64,000 nt of DNA, taken from contig OZ024743.1 in the NCBI GenBank assembly GCA_964016885.1, forward strand, positions 308,388,001 through 308,452,000, written 5' to 3'. The position numbers and the translations under genes were made by a program. Numbering within the stretch: position 1 is the stretch's first letter; every line of letters starts with the position of its first letter. The notes below the pieces were generated by a model that was not told where the DNA came from, searched no databases, and saw nothing but the letters and a program-made list of their open reading frames with translations. Positions 36,464 through 49,100 of this stretch are shown here, piece after piece. This DNA is from Eledone cirrhosa. Its lineage: Eukaryota.

Positions 36464-36894
36464 TTAATAAGCGGGAAAGAAGGAATCTGAAAAATTAGTG
36501 AGTGAGTGTGGGGTGATTATTCGAGACCCAAGAATACAACACATATTTTTCCTGAGCTGAGTGGACAGCAGTAACTTGAAATAATGTGTCTTGCTCAATA
36601 TTACAAAATGCCACTGGGTATCGAATTCATAACCTAACAATTGAACCAAACACCCTAACCACTAAGCCACGTCCCTTCACAAATGCCAAGGATAGTGGCT
36701 TGTTCTTAATTAAGAACTTCTGTAGTTGTCTTACTCAGAAGAGGGCATCTGTGGTTTACTATCCTGGCACTAATCCAAACTGTCTCATCAAAGCTAGGTC
36801 TTTCCTGACAGAAAATCAAATGTTTTCCTTCAGTAGTTTAATCTTGTGAATAAAATATTACATGGTGGTTAACAGTTGGCCATAGTTGGCAAGA

Positions 36895-37005
36895 TACATC
36901 ATCATCATTGCCACCATCATTATCATATTACCATCATCATCATCATCACCATAATCACCACCATCCTCATTACCACCACTACCACACCCATCATCATCAA
37001 CATCG
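36895..37005. repeat. Degenerate (CAT/CAC)n trinucleotide tract
   Basis: Read directly from sequence. Confidence 0.85.
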
Positions 37006-37189
37006 TATGCCTGTTCTTTCTGTGTTGGCATAAGTAGGACTGCTGGCATATGCTGATGTAATTTTGGCAATGATAACATGAAAGTTCCAGAAAAGAGCAA
37101 AGGAAATACTGAATGAGTAGTGAGATGGAGGTTATTTAAGAGTAATGTGTTTAGTACACCTTAAAATAATATTTAATTTCCGTGTTATT

Positions 37190-38335
37190 AAACCTTTTGA
37201 TACCAAACAGCCTCTTGTTCTACGATACAAAACTGCTTGTTTTAGTGTTTATCTAAAAACCTTCCATCATAATTTTATGTAAGAACCTATAAATTATGTT
37301 CCAAACACCAGATCATCTTTTTGATCCCAAATTGACTGAAACTGCTCCTGGTTCTATGAAAGAAAGCTGTTTATTTTAAAGTGTTCTAAAAACCCTCCAT
37401 CATTTATATTACTAAATCTCATCAAATTCTTGATTATTTTCAAAATGATTTGAAAACCATAGGCAGTGTCTTTTATTAGAAACATGGTAATGGAAAGATT
37501 AATGTATTTATATTTATCTAAAAACCTTCCATCATAAATTAATGTAAGAACCAAGTTATGGTCCAAACACAAGACAATTAATGAGAAAGTTTGTTTTATA
37601 TTACTAAATCTCCAAGTTCTTTATTATTTTCAAAAATTATTTGGAAAACATAAACAGGTGTCTTTCCTTAGAAATATGACAGTGAAAGGGTTAAACAGAT
37701 GAGTAATTAATTTTAGAGGGTAATGTCTTGGTAATCTTTCATTTTGGTGCTGTTAACCATTTTGATACCAACCTGGCCAAAACTGGCTCTGGTTTTCTAA
37801 AACAAAACATTACTTCAATTAAAATCTTCCAACATAATTTTATATAAGAACCATATGTTACATTCCTATCTTAGTAATGAATTGATAAAAAATTTTAGTA
37901 AATACCTTGGAGTTCTTCATTAATATATATACCCAAATATAAGCCAACCCCACTATTTTATGCTAAGAAATGGACAAAAAATCCAAACCTTATTTACATA
38001 GAATTTGAAGTTGGTGAAAACTGTCAAAATATTGACCCCAAATATAAGCCGACTCCCTCCTCCTTCTACCATCAATGTTTTGGTCACATTGGATTTTGTA
38101 GTCTTTAATACACATTGTACCCTTATTGTAGTCCTCAGGAAGATTCAGCAAGATGTAGTGTGTAACAAGGTAGTTCATTTGAATTACAAGTACAACTCAT
38201 TTTTGCTAGCTGAGTGAACTAAAGCTATGTGAAGTAAAGTATCTTGCTCTAGTGACACCAGGAACTGAACATATGATATTATATTCAAGTATATTTGGTC
38301 ATTAATTGAAAGAGTGTATTTCATTAGAAATACGT
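37190..38335 (+). mobile_element. Cluster of nested or fragmented family B MITEs with inserted repeats
   Basis: Recurrent ccttccatcataattttatgtaagaacc and ttcattagaaa..gaaaggg|ttaa motifs. The copy starting ~37757 is split at ttcattaat (~37924) and resumes at ~38299. Confidence 0.6.
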
Positions 38336-39004
38336 TCACTAATTATGTGTATTTGGTTCTGCTTGAAATAATCTTTTATTTTGATGTTATTTGATACAAT
38401 TCAACAAAAAAGATGTTGATAAAATAAGTGCCACAATTGAAATTAAATCATAGGGTCCATATGATTGACTAAATCCCTTCAAGGTGTTATTAAACAAATG
38501 ACTAAGTACTGATTAATAAAGATCAAGGGTAGGAATGATGGTTAAAAAGTCGTGGGTTTGATTCTTGGACCAGATGAAATGTGTCACATTACTCCAATAC
38601 ACTTGGAAAAAATTAATAACAGCAGCAGTAGCTGGTGTCAAAACCTGGCAATGAACTGGCATCCTGTGTGGTGGTTGGGAAGATGGAGGGTCTTTTCATG
38701 ATAGAACCGGGTGGGGAGGGGACCTTTATCATTAAATTAAACCCAGGTGTTATGAGAGCAGGCCAGCATGTTGGTTTATGGTATATTCTGAGTGTAATCA
38801 ATAGTTTTTTTTGTATACAGTTGCATGTGAGGGCAGCTAGACTTACATAAGTGTGAGCTGTAATCACGACAGGATTGGAACCCCTATCATTAAAACACCG
38901 AAGATACATCCTATAAAATACAACCTTGCATGAAACCAGCAAAACCTACATAGGTGTGAGTTATAACAACAGCAATAATTAATAGAAATGAATAAGTTTC
39001 TCTC

Positions 39005-39465
39005 TATGTACAAAAAGACAACTGTATGATGCCTGTGTGTGATGAGCAATGCTGCATGGTAATGAAACATGAGCTGTGACTGGGGAGGACCCTGGAGAGA
39101 AATGAAGCAACTATGCTCAGTTGGATGCGCAATGTAAGTGTGAGAGGGAGGCAGAGCTTGGATGAGTTGAAGGAGAAGTTGGATTTAAGAGGAATTTGAT
39201 GTAGTGTGCAGGAGAGAAGACTGTGGTTTCGACATGTGATGTGCATGGACAATGATCATTGGGTGAAGAAGTGCCAGAAATGCCAGTGAAAGGAAGTCGC
39301 AGTAGAGGTAGACAAAGAAAAACCTGGGCAGATTTTGTGAGAGCTGACTTCAAACCACTGAGACTCAAAGAGGCGATGACAAAGGATTGCGACATATGGG
39401 GAGATGCTGAGAAGGACCGATCCAACCCATGCAAACAAGAAAAAGTGGACATAAAAATGATGATG
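39005..39465 (+). mobile_element. RTE 3' fragment
   Basis: Homologous to 25895-26280; (GAT)n tail. Confidence 0.8.
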
Positions 39466-39774
39466 ATTCAAGAAAATGTGGTTCGCATTACAAAAGGTAT
39501 CCAACTGTAGAAACCATGCCAAATGTATGAGCAATACAGGGATATCTGATCCCTCGAGTTACTAACCAGTTGAGTTTTGTTCCTGTCCAAATCCATGTAA
39601 ACCTAGAAAAGCGGACATAAAAACAATGACGATGATGAATGACTGGTTGGTGTTGCTGTTGTTCAACTTGGCTTATATTAGCCAATGTCTTTTTTAAGGT
39701 GGCATGGTGTGATTTAAGGGGGATTTGGTTGCTATTTCTAACAAGTCAAGCAACTGCATAATTAAAAACAAATG

Positions 39775-39990
39775 CATGTAGCTTAGTGGTCACAGTGTTC
39801 AGCTAACAATCATAAAGTCATAACTTCAATTACTGGTGGCAAATTGTGTCCTTGAGCAAAATACTTTACTAATTGTAGCTCCAGTTCACTCAGCTAGCAA
39901 AAATGATTTGTACCTGTAATTCAAATGAATTATCTTGTTACACATTATCATGCTGAATTTTCCTGAGAACTACAATGAGGATGCACATAA
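39775..39990 (+). mobile_element. SINE (CORE-like family), degenerate
   Basis: gcttagtggtc..gtgtccttgagcaaaatacttta..ccagttcactcagct..cctgagaactac. Confidence 0.65.
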
Positions 39991-40005
39991 GACAATGTGA
40001 ATTAT

Positions 40006-40180
40006 CCCTTTAGCTAACAACCCAGCTAAAACCGGCTCTGGTTCTATGAAATAAAACCACCCATTTTAAAAGTTTCCAATTTAAATTAAAATCTTCCAAA
40101 ATAATTTTATATAAGAACCTTACATTAAGTTACTATATTAGTAACGAAATAATTAATAATTTCAAAATTCTTCAATAATT
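40006..40180 (+). mobile_element. Family B MITE truncated by the satellite array
   Basis: Aligns with 18344-18530; the right end is absent. Confidence 0.75.
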
Positions 40181-43100
40181 GTGATTAACAGTGGTAACAG
40201 TTCTGAGAAAGACTATATAGTCCAGCACTAGCTTCCTACACTGTAAATAACAGTGGTAACAGTTCTGAGAAGGACTATATAGTCCAGCACTAGCTTCCTA
40301 CACTGTAAATAACAGTGGTAACAGTTCTGAGAAGGACTATATAGTCCAGCACTAGCTTCCTACACTGTAAATAACAGTGGTAACAGTTCTGAGAAAGATT
40401 ATATAGTCCAGCACTAGCTTCCTACACTGTAAATAACAGTGGTAACAGTTCTGAGAAAGACTATATAGTCCAGCACTAGCTTCCTACACTGTAAATAACA
40501 GTGGTAACAGTTCTGAGAAGGACTATATAGTCCAGCACTAGCTTCCTACACTGTAAATAACAGTGGTAACAGTTCTGAGAAAGACTATATAGTCCAGCAC
40601 TAGCTTCCTACACTGTAAATAACAGTGGTAACAGTACTGAGAAAGACTTTATAGTCCAGCACTAGCTTCCTACACTGTAAATAACAGTGATTACAGTTCT
40701 GAGAAGGACTATATAGTCCAGCACTAGCTTCCTACACTGTAAATAACAGTGGTAACAGTTCTGAGAAAGACTATATAGTCCAGCACTAGCTTCCTACACT
40801 GTAAATAACAGTGGTAACAGTACTGAGAAAGACTTTATAGTCCAGCACTAGCTTCCTACACTGTAAATAACAGTGGTTACAGTTCTGAGAAGGACTATAT
40901 AGTCCAGCACTAGCTTCCTACACTGTAAATAACAGTGGTAACAGTTCTGAGAAAGACTATATAGTCCAGCACTAGCTTCCTACACTGTAAATAACAGTGG
41001 TAACAGTACTGAGAAAGACTATATAGTCCAGAACTAGCTTCCTACACTGTAAATAACAGTGGTAACAGTTCTGAGAAAGATTTTATAGTCCAGCACTAGC
41101 TTCCTACACTGTAAATAACAGTGGTAACAGTTCTGAGAAAGACTATATAGTCCAGCACTAGCTTCCTACACTGTAAATAACAGTGGTAACAGTTCTGAGA
41201 AAGACTATATAGTCCAGCACTAGCTTCCTACACTGTAAATAACAGTGGTTACAGTTCTGAGAAGGACTATATAGTCCAGCACTAGCTTCCTACACTGTGA
41301 ATAACAGTGGTAACAGTTCTGATAAAGACTATATAGTCCAGCACTAGCTTCCTACACTGTAAATAACAGTGGTAACAGTTCTGAGAACGACTATATAGTC
41401 CAGCACTAGCTTCCTACACTGTAAATAACAGTGGTAACAGTTCTGAGAAAGACTATATAGTCCAGCACTAGCTTCCTACGCTGTAAATAACAGTGGTAAC
41501 AGTTCTGAGAAAGACTATATAGTCCAGCACTAGCTTCCTACACTGTAATTAACATTGGTAACAGTTCTGAGAAGGACTATATAGTCCAGCACTAGCTTCC
41601 TACACTGTAAATAACAGTGGTAACAGTTCTGAGAGGGACTATATAGTCCAGCACAAGCTTCCTACACTGTAAATAACAGTGGTAACAGTTCTGAGAAAGA
41701 CTATATAGTCCAGCACTAGCTTCCTACACTGTAAATAACAGTGGTAACAGTTCTGAGAAAGACTATATAGTCCAGCACTAGCTTCCTACACTGTAAATAA
41801 CAATGGTAACAGTTCTGAGAAAGACTATATAGTCCAGCACTAGCTTCCTACACTGTAAATAACAGTGGTAACAGTTCTGAGAAAGACTATATAGTCAAGC
41901 ACTAGCTTCCTACACGGTAAATAACAGTGGTAACAGTACTGAGAAGAAATATATAGTCCAGCACTAGCTTCCTACACTGTAAATAACAGTGGTAACAGTT
42001 CTGAGAAAGACTATATAATCCAGCACAAGCTTCCTACACTGTAAATAACAGTGGTAACAGTTCTGAGAAAGACTATATAGTCCAGCACTAGCTTCCTACA
42101 CTGTAAATAACAGTGGTAACAGTTCTGAGAAAGACTATATAGTCCAGCACTAGCTTCCTACACTGTAAATAACAGTGGTAACAGTACTGAGAAGAACTAT
42201 ATAGTCCAGCACTAGCTTCCTACACTGTAAATAACAGTGGTAACAGTTCTGAGAACGACTATATAGTCCAGCACTAGCTTCCTACACTGTAAATAACAGT
42301 GGTAACAGTTCTGAGAAAGACTATATAGTCCAGCACTAGCTTCCTACGCTGTAAATAACAGTGGTAACAGTTCTGAGAAAGACTATATAGTCCAGCACTA
42401 GCTTCCTACACTGTAATTAACAGTGGTAACAGTTCTGAGAAAGACTATATAGTCCGGCACTAGCTTCCTACACTGTAAATAACAATGGTAACAGTTCTGA
42501 GAAAGACTATATAGTCCAGCACAAGCTTCCTACACTGTAAATAACAGTGGTAACAGTTCTGAGAAAGACTATATAGTCCAGCACAAGCTTCCTACACTGT
42601 AAATAACAGTGGTAACAGTTCTGAGAAACACTATATAGTCCAGCACTAGCTTCCTACACTGTAAATAACAATGGTAACAGTTCTGAGAAAGACTATATAG
42701 TCCAGCAATAGCTTCCTACACTGTAAATAACAATGGTAACAGTTCTGAGAAAGACTATATAGTCCAGCACTAGCTTCCTACACTGTAAATAACAATGGTA
42801 ACAGTTCTGAGAAAGACTATATAGTCCAGCACTAGCTTCCTACACTGTAAATAACAATGGTAACAGTTCTGAGAAAGACTATATAGTCCAGCACTAGCTT
42901 CCTACACTGTAAATAACAGTGGTAACAGTTCTGAGAAAGACTATATAGTCAAGCACTAGCTTCCTGCACTGTAAATAACAGTGGTAACAGTTCTGAGAAA
43001 GACGATATAGTGAAGCACTAGCTTCCTACACTGTAAATAACAGTGGTAACAGTTCTGAGAAAGACTATATAGTCCAGCACTAGCTTCCTACACTGTAAAT

Positions 43101-46100
43101 AACAGTGGTAACAGTTCTGAGAAAGACTATATAGTCCAGCACAAGCTTCCTACACTGTAAATAACAGTGGTAACAGTTCTGAGAAAGACTATATAGTCCA
43201 GCACTAGCTTCCTACGCTGTAAATAACAATGGTAACAGTTCTGAGAAAGACTATATAGTCCAGCACTAGCTTTCTACACTGTAAATAACAGTGGTAACAG
43301 TTCTGAGAAAGACTATATAGTCCAGCACTACCTTCCTACACTGTAAATAACAGTGGTAACAGTTCTGAGAAAGACTATATAGTCCAGCACTAGCTTGCTA
43401 CACTGTAAATAACAGTGGTAACAGTTCTGAGAAGGACTATATAGTCCAGCACTAGCTTCCTACGCTGTAAATAACAGTGGTAACAGTTCTGAGAAAGACT
43501 ATATAGTCCAGCACTAGCTTCCTACACTGTAAATAACAGTGGTAACAGTTCTGATAAAGACTATATAGTCCAGCACTAGCTTCTTACACTGTAAATAACA
43601 GTGGTAACAGTTCTGAGAAAGACTATATAGTCCAGCACTAGCTTCCTACACTGTAAATAACAGTGGTAACAGTTCTGAGAAGGACTTTATAGTCCAGCAC
43701 TAGCTTCCTACACTGTAAATAACAGTGGTAACAGTTCTGAGAAAGACTTTATAGTCCAGCACTAGCTTCCTACACTGTTAATAACAGTGGTAACAGTTCT
43801 GAGAAGGACTTTATAGTCCAGCACTAGCTTCCTACACTGTAAATAACAGTGGTAACAGTTCTGAGAAAGACTTTATAGTCCAGCACTAGCTTCCTACACT
43901 GTTAATAACAGTGGTAACAGTTCTGAGAAAGACTATATAGTCCAGCACTAGCTTCCTACACTGTCAATAACAGTGGTAACAGTTCTGAGAAAGACTATAT
44001 AGTCCAGCACTAGCTTCCTACACTGTAAATAACAATGGTAACAGTTCTGAGAAAGACTATATAGTCCAGCACAAGCTTCCTACACTGTAAATAACAGTGG
44101 TAACAGTTCTGAGAAAGACGATATAGTCCAGCACTAGCTTCCTACACTGTAAATAACAGTGGTAACAGTTCTGAGAAAGACTATATAGTCCAGCACTAGC
44201 TTTCTACACTGTAAATAACAGTGGTAACAGTTCTGAGAAAGACTATATAGTCAAGCACTAACTTCCTACACTGTAAATAACAGTGGTAACAGTTCTGAAA
44301 AAGATTTTATAGTCCAGCACTAGCTTCCTACACTGTAAATAACAATGGTAACAGTTCTGAGAAAGACTATATAGTCCAGCAATAGCTTCCTACACTGTAA
44401 ATAACAATGGTAACAGTTCTGAGAAAGACTATATAGTCCAGCACTAGCTTCCTACACTGTAAATAACAATGGTAACAGTTCTGAGAAAGACTATATAGTC
44501 CAGCACTAGCTTCCTACACTGTAAATAACAATGGTAACAGTTCTGAGAAAGACTATATAGTCCAGCACTAGCTTCCTACACTGTAAATAACAGTGGTAAC
44601 AGTTCTGAGAAAGACTATATAGTCAAGCACTAGCTTCCTGCACTGTAAATAACAGTGGTAACAGTTCTGAGAAAGACGATATAGTGAAGCACTAGCTTCC
44701 TACACTGTAAATAACAGTGGTAACAGTTCTGAGAAAGACTATATAGTCCAGCACTAGCTTCCTACACTGTAAATAACAGTGGTAACAGTTCTGAGAAAGA
44801 CTATATAGTCCAGCACAAGCTTCCTACACTGTAAATAACAGTGGTAACAGTTCTGAGAAAGACTATATAGTCCAGCACTAGCTTCCTACGCTGTAAATAA
44901 CAATGGTAACAGTTCTGAGAAAGACTATATAGTCCAGCACTAGCTTTCTACACTGTAAATAACAGTGGTAACAGTTCTGAGAAAGACTATATAGTCCAGC
45001 ACTACCTTCCTACACTGTAAATAACAGTGGTAACAGTTCTGAGAAAGACTATATAGTCCAGCACTAGCTTGCTACACTGTAAATAACAGTGGTAACAGTT
45101 CTGAGAAGGACTATATAGTCCAGCACTAGCTTCCTACGCTGTAAATAACAGTGGTAACAGTTCTGAGAAAGACTATATAGTCCAGCACTAGCTTCCTACA
45201 CTGTAAATAACAGTGGTAACAGTTCTGATAAAGACTATATAGTCCAGCACTAGCTTCTTACACTGTAAATAACAGTGGTAACAGTTCTGAGAAAGACTAT
45301 ATAGTCCAGCACTAGCTTCCTACACTGTAAATAACAGTGGTAACAGTTCTGAGAAGGACTTTATAGTCCAGCACTAGCTTCCTACACTGTAAATAACAGT
45401 GGTAACAGTTCTGAGAAAGACTTTATAGTCCAGCACTAGCTTCCTACACTGTTAATAACAGTGGTAACAGTTCTGAGAAGGACTTTATAGTCCAGCACTA
45501 GCTTCCTACACTGTAAATAACAGTGGTAACAGTTCTGAGAAAGACTTTATAGTCCAGCACTAGCTTCCTACACTGTTAATAACAGTGGTAACAGTTCTGA
45601 GAAAGACTATATAGTCCAGCACTAGCTTCCTACACTGTCAATAACAGTGGTAACAGTTCTGAGAAAGACTATATAGTCCAGCACTAGCTTCCTACACTGT
45701 AAATAACAATGGTAACAGTTCTGAGAAAGACTATATAGTCCAGCACAAGCTTCCTACACTGTAAATAACAGTGGTAACAGTTCTGAGAAAGACGATATAG
45801 TCCAGCACTAGCTTCCTACACTGTAAATAACAGTGGTAACAGTTCTGAGAAAGACTATATAGTCCAGCACTAGCTTTCTACACTGTAAATAACAGTGGTA
45901 ACAGTTCTGAGAAAGACTATATAGTCAAGCACTAACTTCCTACACTGTAAATAACAGTGGTAACAGTTCTGAAAAAGATTTTATAGTCCAGCACTAGCTT
46001 CCTACACTGTAAATAACAGTGGTAACAGTTCTGAGAAAGACTTTATAGTCCAGCACTAGCTTCCTACACTGTAAATAACAGTGGTAAGAGTTCTGAGAAA

Positions 46101-49100
46101 GACTATATAGTCCAGCACTAGCTTCCTACACTGTAAATAACAGTGGTTACATTACTGAGAAAGACTATATAGTCCAGCACTAGCTTCCTACACTATAAAT
46201 AACAGTGGTAACAGTTCTGAGAAAGACTATATATCCCATCACTAGCTTCCTACACTGTAAATAACAGTGGTAACAGTTCTGAGAAAGATTATATAGTCCA
46301 GCACTAGCTTCCTACACTGTAAATAACAGTGGTAACAGTTCTGAGAAAGACTATATAGTCCAGCACTAGCTTCCTACACTGTAAATAACAGTGGTAACAG
46401 TTCTGAGAAAGATTATATAGTCCAGCACTAGCTTCCTACACTGTAAATAACAGTGGTAACAGTACTGAGAAAGACTTTATTGTCCAGCACTAGCTTCATT
46501 ACACTGTAAATAACAGTGGTAACAGATCTAAGAAAGATTATATAGTCCAGCACTAGCTTCCTACACTGTAAATAACAGTGGTAACAGTACTGAGAAAGAC
46601 TATATAGTCCAGCACTAACTTCCTACACTGTAAATAACAGTGGTAACAGTTCTGAGAAAGACTATATAGTCCAGCACTAGCTTCCTACACTGTAAATAAC
46701 AATGGTAACAGTTCTGAGAAAGACTATATAGTCCAGCACTAGCTTCCTACACTGTAAATAACAATGGTAACAGTTCTGAGAAAGACTATATAGTCCAGCA
46801 CTAGCTTCCTACACTGTAAATAACAGTGGTAACAGTTCTGAGAAAGACTATATAGTCAAGCACTAGCTTCCTGCACTGTAAATAACAGTGGTAACAGTTC
46901 TGAGAAAGACGATATAGTGAAGCACTAGCTTCCTACACTGTAAATAACAGTGGTAACAGTTCTGAGAAAGACTATATAGTCCAGCACTAGCTTCCTACAC
47001 TGTAAATAACAATGGTAACAGTTCTGAGAAAGACTATATAGTCCAGCACTAGCTTCCTACACTGTAAATAACAGTGGTAACAGTTCTGAGAAAGACTATA
47101 TAGTCAAGCACTAGCTTCCTGCACTGTAAATAACAGTGGTAACAGTTCTGAGAAAGACGATATAGTGAAGCACTAGCTTCCTACACTGTAAATAACAGTG
47201 GTAACAGTTCTGAGAAAGACTATATAGTCCAGCACTAGCTTCCTACACTGTAAATAACAGTGGTAACAGTTCTGAGAAAGACTATATAGTCCAGCACAAG
47301 CTTCCTACACTGTAAATAACAGTGGTAACAGTTCTGAGAAAGACTATATAGTCCAGCACTAGCTTCCTACGCTGTAAATAACAATGGTAACAGTTCTGAG
47401 AAAGACTATATAGTCCAGCACTAGCTTTCTACACTGTAAATAACAGTGGTAACAGTTCTGAGAAAGACTATATAGTCCAGCACTACCTTCCTACACTGTA
47501 AATAACAGTGGTAACAGTTCTGAGAAAGACTATATAGTCCAGCACTAGCTTGCTACACTGTAAATAACAGTGGTAACAGTTCTGAGAAGGACTATATAGT
47601 CCAGCACTAGCTTCCTACGCTGTAAATAACAGTGGTAACAGTTCTGAGAAAGACTATATAGTCCAGCACTAGCTTCCTACACTGTAAATAACAGTGGTAA
47701 CAGTTCTGATAAAGACTATATAGTCCAGCACTAGCTTCTTACACTGTAAATAACAGTGGTAACAGTTCTGAGAAAGACTATATAGTCCAGCACTAGCTTC
47801 CTACACTGTAAATAACAGTGGTAACAGTTCTGAGAAGGACTTTATAGTCCAGCACTAGCTTCCTACACTGTAAATAACAGTGGTAACAGTTCTGAGAAAG
47901 ACTTTATAGTCCAGCACTAGCTTCCTACACTGTTAATAACAGTGGTAACAGTTCTGAGAAGGACTTTATAGTCCAGCACTAGCTTCCTACACTGTAAATA
48001 ACAGTGGTAACAGTTCTGAGAAAGACTTTATAGTCCAGCACTAGCTTCCTACACTGTTAATAACAGTGGTAACAGTTCTGAGAAAGACTATATAGTCCAG
48101 CACTAGCTTCCTACACTGTCAATAACAGTGGTAACAGTTCTGAGAAAGACTATATAGTCCAGCACTAGCTTCCTACACTGTAAATAACAATGGTAACAGT
48201 TCTGAGAAAGACTATATAGTCCAGCACAAGCTTCCTACACTGTAAATAACAGTGGTAACAGTTCTGAGAAAGACGATATAGTCCAGCACTAGCTTCCTAC
48301 ACTGTAAATAACAGTGGTAACAGTTCTGAGAAAGACTATATAGTCCAGCACTAGCTTTCTACACTGTAAATAACAGTGGTAACAGTTCTGAGAAAGACTA
48401 TATAGTCAAGCACTAACTTCCTACACTGTAAATAACAGTGGTAACAGTTCTGAAAAAGATTTTATAGTCCAGCACTAGCTTCCTACACTGTAAATAACAG
48501 TGGTAACAGTTCTGAGAAAGACTTTATAGTCCAGCACTAGCTTCCTACACTGTAAATAACAGTGGTAAGAGTTCTGAGAAAGACTATATAGTCCAGCACT
48601 AGCTTCCTACACTGTAAATAACAGTGGTTACATTACTGAGAAAGACTATATAGTCCAGCACTAGCTTCCTACACTATAAATAACAGTGGTAACAGTTCTG
48701 AGAAAGACTATATATCCCATCACTAGCTTCCTACACTGTAAATAACAGTGGTAACAGTTCTGAGAAAGATTATATAGTCCAGCACTAGCTTCCTACACTG
48801 TAAATAACAGTGGTAACAGTTCTGAGAAAGACTATATAGTCCAGCACTAGCTTCCTACACTGTAAATAACAGTGGTAACAGTTCTGAGAAAGATTATATA
48901 GTCCAGCACTAGCTTCCTACACTGTAAATAACAGTGGTAACAGTACTGAGAAAGACTTTATTGTCCAGCACTAGCTTCATTACACTGTAAATAACAGTGG
49001 TAACAGATCTAAGAAAGATTATATAGTCCAGCACTAGCTTCCTACACTGTAAATAACAGTGGTAACAGTACTGAGAAAGACTATATAGTCCAGCACTAAC

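Noticed and set aside
38613-38942. 109-aa minus-strand ORF in non-repetitive-looking sequence as the upstream MANSC exon
   Set aside because: No signal peptide, no MANSC cysteine pattern and no convincing splice sites.
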